A DNA stretch of 46,525 bases from a virus (Duplodnaviria > Caudoviricetes). Every line of letters starts with the position of its first letter. The stretch's first letter is position 1. Position numbers and translations under genes: made by a program. Below the pieces are notes generated by a model. That model had not been told where the DNA came from. It ran no database searches and saw only the letters and a program-made list of their open reading frames with translations. Of this stretch, positions 43,541 through 46,525 are shown one piece after another. The stretch is taken from positions 1-46,525 of IMG/VR virus record IMGVR_UViG_3300044698_000275. One strand, written 5' to 3'.

Positions 43541-45502
43541 GTGGCGCTCCCACCGCACTCCGCCGACCTCGCGTATTTCATCGACGTTCAGCAGAGCGAG
43601 ATCACCAAGACCGGCGACCTGATCGACGCCATATCCGACCTGTCGGGCGTCGGCGCCGCCACGACATCGACAGGGACTTTGCGGCCCACGCACAAAACCG
43701 CGGCCGGCGGGGGCATCCGGTTCTCGGGCGCCCAGGAGATGCTTGTCGACACCGCCTGGTCCATGAACCGGCAGGCGTCGGCGCTGTTCATCGTCAGCCG
43801 TACCGATCGTTTGGGCAGCACCACGAACGCACTCACCTACATGCCGCAGTCGGGCGGCACGAACAGGCTGGCGGCCTACTATACGGGACAGATGTTCTCC
43901 GGCTTCGACAGTGCTCAGCGCAATTCCGCGCTGGAACACGGCCACGGCATCGAAACCCATTTCATGTCTCTTGGAACGACGGGGTCCAGGCTCGGGGTCG
44001 GCGCCGAGGAAATGACCACTGTTGCTTTCGGGGCCGGCACAGTCACGGGAGGCAAGATCGGCCGGTGGGATGGCACCAGCTTCCCGTTGGGCGCCGAGAT
44101 CATCGCCATCATCGCCTACAATCGGGAACTCAGCCAGGCCGAATGCAACGAGGTCCGCGACTGGTGCGAGACGCAATACCAGGCGGTGGCGCGGGACGAG
44201 GCGACAGTCCTGATCTTCGACGGCGACAGCCTCACCGATGGTGTTCAATCATCCGATGCGATGACGTTCTCCTACCCGGCGCAGTTGTCGCGTCTGGGAT
44301 CGCACTACCCGAAGATATGGAACGACGGCACTGGTGGAGCCAAAATCCAGGACAATGTTCTGGCGACCAACGTCAAGACCCAGCTGACCAACTTCGCCGC
44401 CTACACGAACCGGGTGGTCATGTTCTGGTTCGGGACGAACGACATCTCGTCGGGAAGGACCGAGGCGCAGATCGAGGCCGACATCGACAGCTTCATCAGC
44501 GCCGTTCGAGCCCACGACGCGGGCGCAATCATCATCGCCACCACGATCATCGCCCGGGAGCCGTTCAATCCCACCCAGGACGCGCTCATCGTCACGATCA
44601 ACGATCACATCAAGGTCACGGCCGACTTCGACCGGGTGGTCGATCTGGCGGCAGACGCGAGGCTTTCGGACGGCACCGACACCACCTACTACGACGCCGA
44701 CGGCATTCACCTCAACGACACCGGCTATGGCGTGGTGGCCGATCTGGTCCGTGCCGATCTGGTGACCGCCGGCTATCTGACCGAGGCGGCCGGCGAGATC
44801 GCAGGCACGACAGCACTGGCCTTCTCGGGCACGGCCGCGCTCGCCGGCACGGGCGCGCTCTCCGGCGTCTCGGCCCTGAGCCTCGCCGCGTCCGGCGCGC
44901 TGAAGGCGACCGCGGCGGCCAGCGGCGCCACGACGCTCGGCTTCGCCGCCACGGCGGCGCTCGCCGCGACCGGCGCCCTCGCCGGCACGTCGTCGCTCAC
45001 GTTCGCCGCCACGGCGACGGCGGCGAGCGCCGGCGGCCTCTCCGGATCGGCCGCCATCACCTTCGACCTGGCGGCCAACCTGACGGCCGCCGCGGCGCTG
45101 TCGGGCACCGTGGCGGTCGGGATCGCCGCCACCGGGCGCCTGACCGGCGCGGCGGCCATGGCCGCGGTGTCGGCGCTGGCGTTCGTCGCGGCCGGCGAGC
45201 TTCGCGGCCGCGGGGCGCTGGCCGGCGCCTCGGCGCTCGCCTTCACGACCGAAGGCGCGATCACCGGCGAGCAGGGCGGGGTCGCCGGCACGGCCGCGCT
45301 GGCGTTCGCCGCCTCCGGCGCCCTGCAGGGCACAGGCGCGCTTGCCGGTGCGGCGGCGCTGGCGTTCGCGCTCACCGCGGCGATCTCCGGGGCTGCGGCC
45401 GCGGGCGTGCCCGCCCGGCTTCCCGCCGGGGGGGCGCGGCGATCGAGCGCCGGCCCGGCGCGGCGGATGACGGGCGGCGGCCCGGCGGCGAGGATGCGAT
45501 AG
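43541..45502 (+). CDS. Fibre/spike protein: beta-sandwich domain, SGNH/GDSL esterase, and ten 20-aa Ala/Gly repeats
   Basis: FDGDSLT (block I), FGTND (block III), DGIHLN (block V); repeats LxGxxALxFxAxGAL from about 44798 to 45400. Confidence 0.75.
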   Translation: MALPPHSADLAYFIDVQQSEITKTGDLIDAISDLSGVGAATTSTGTLRPTHKTAAGGGIRFSGAQEMLVDTAWSMNRQASALFIVSRTDRLGSTTNALTYMPQSGGTNRLAAYYTGQMFSGFDSAQRNSALEHGHGIETHFMSLGTTGSRLGVGAEEMTTVAFGAGTVTGGKIGRWDGTSFPLGAEIIAIIAYNRELSQAECNEVRDWCETQYQAVARDEATVLIFDGDSLTDGVQSSDAMTFSYPAQLSRLGSHYPKIWNDGTGGAKIQDNVLATNVKTQLTNFAAYTNRVVMFWFGTNDISSGRTEAQIEADIDSFISAVRAHDAGAIIIATTIIAREPFNPTQDALIVTINDHIKVTADFDRVVDLAADARLSDGTDTTYYDADGIHLNDTGYGVVADLVRADLVTAGYLTEAAGEIAGTTALAFSGTAALAGTGALSGVSALSLAASGALKATAAASGATTLGFAATAALAATGALAGTSSLTFAATATAASAGGLSGSAAITFDLAANLTAAAALSGTVAVGIAATGRLTGAAAMAAVSALAFVAAGELRGRGALAGASALAFTTEGAITGEQGGVAGTAALAFAASGALQGTGALAGAAALAFALTAAISGAAAAGVPARLPAGGARRSSAGPARRMTGGGPAARMR

Positions 45503-46141
45503 ATGCTGAAACCCGTTCGCACGTCCGCGCCGGCGGAGACGCCGGTGTCGCTCACCGAGGCCAAGGCGCAGCTCGGGGTGACCGGCAGCGGCAGCGACAC
45601 GCTCATCACGGCGCTGATCGCGGCCGCGACCGAACGGCTCGACGGCTGGGCAGGCGTCCTCGGCCGGGCGCTGGTGACCCAGACCTGGGCGCAGACGTTC
45701 CCGCGCTTTCCGGCGTGCGAGGTGATCGGGCTGGCGCTGGCGCCGGTGCAGTCGGTGACCTCGATCGCCTATTACGACGCCGACAACGCCGCGCAGACGC
45801 TCAGCGCCTCCGTCTACACCCTGCTCGACGACGAGATCGGCCCGTTCGTGACGCTGCAGGCGGACCAGTCCTGGCCGGGCACCTACGCCCGCGAGGACGC
45901 GGTGACGGTGACCTATGTCGCCGGCTACGGCGCCGCGGCGGCCGTGCCGGCGCCGATCCGCCAGGCGATCATCCTGATGGTGCGCGAGCTTCACCAGTTC
46001 AGCTTGCAGGACTCCCGCCTGGTGCGCGAGCAGGTGCCGGGGGTGGGCATGCGCGAATATGCGCAAGGCGCGGCGGCGCAGTCGCCGCTGCCGAGGGCGG
46101 CCGCGGCGCTGCTGGCGCCCTATCGCCGGGTGGGGGTCTGA
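45503..46141 (+). CDS. Head-tail connector (HK97 gp6-like)
   Basis: PVSLTEAKAQL, LGRALVTQTW, AVTVTYVAGYG..VPAPIRQAI, LLAPYR. Confidence 0.9.
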   Translation: MLKPVRTSAPAETPVSLTEAKAQLGVTGSGSDTLITALIAAATERLDGWAGVLGRALVTQTWAQTFPRFPACEVIGLALAPVQSVTSIAYYDADNAAQTLSASVYTLLDDEIGPFVTLQADQSWPGTYAREDAVTVTYVAGYGAAAAVPAPIRQAIILMVRELHQFSLQDSRLVREQVPGVGMREYAQGAAAQSPLPRAAAALLAPYRRVGV

Positions 46142-46142
46142 G

Positions 46143-46508
46143 ATGACGGCGGCCGAGGCCATCGCCATGCTCGATTCGATGCTGCTGAGAAACGGCGAGG
46201 ACGTGGTGCTGCAGAAGATCGTGGCCGGGTCGGTTTCGGCCTCGGTGACCTGCCGCGCGATCGTGCGCGGCTACAGGCCCGAGGAGCTGCTCGCCGGGAT
46301 CGTGCAGGAGGATCGCCAGGTCATCATCTCGCCGACCGAGATCGACGCCGCCGCCTGGCCGGGCGGGGCCGACGGGCCCGAGGACGAGCGCGAGCCGGTC
46401 AAGGGCGATCGGGTGAAGATCGCCGGCCGGGTGCACGCGATCGAGGCCGCGACTGGGATCCGGCTCGCCGGCACGCTGGTGCGCATCGAGATGCAGGTGA
46501 GGGGGTGA
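46143..46508 (+). CDS. Head closure protein
   Basis: 121 aa between the connector and the gp10-like gene (across the circular join); VIISPT, KGDRVKIAG, RIEMQVRG. Confidence 0.7.
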   Translation: MTAAEAIAMLDSMLLRNGEDVVLQKIVAGSVSASVTCRAIVRGYRPEELLAGIVQEDRQVIISPTEIDAAAWPGGADGPEDEREPVKGDRVKIAGRVHAIEAATGIRLAGTLVRIEMQVRG

Positions 46509-46525
46509 TGGCCGGCGCGAGCGGC
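46399..46525. repeat. Terminal direct repeat identical to 1..127
   Basis: Exact duplicate of the window start. Confidence 0.95.

Noticed and set aside
1-46525. Full CtrA boxes TTAA-N7-TTAA
   Set aside because: Only isolated TTAA half sites were found by eye (e.g. 15202, 17669, 29670, 30726, 30781). A PWM scan is needed to exclude degenerate sites.

Overview
The window is an apparently complete, circularly assembled (127-bp end overlap; unit length 46,398 bp) GC-rich temperate siphophage or excised prophage of an alphaproteobacterium. The layout is lambdoid. An HK97-type head module (HNH, TerS, TerL, portal, ClpP protease, capsid) is followed by a 5-kb accessory virion island, neck and tail genes, and a lysis cassette with a Mu Gam-like gene. 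Next come a DUF6538 tyrosine integrase with attP (tRNA 3' end plus arm repeats), a leftward early operon, a cI/cro switch with five 14-bp operators, a rightward early/replication operon and a late-control region. The most striking signal is a dispersed host cell-cycle mimicry kit: (1) a full-length CtrA homologue with a natural D51E phosphomimetic substitution and a C-terminal Ala-Ala; (2) a GcrA C-terminal-domain-only protein and a separate GcrA-DBD-like HTH; (3) a StaR/PraR-like XRE; (4) a second OmpR-type wHTH; (5) replication-origin iterons built from GANTC (CcrM) sites. Other notable items are a WYL-TerB fusion in the cI operon, a structured RNA ahead of a com-methyltransferase pair, a methyltransferase/glycosyltransferase-like fusion and an SGNH-esterase fibre in the head operon, and several REP/heptamer repeat families, some translated in frame or reused as gene leaders. 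All calls come from motif recognition by eye; no searches were run.
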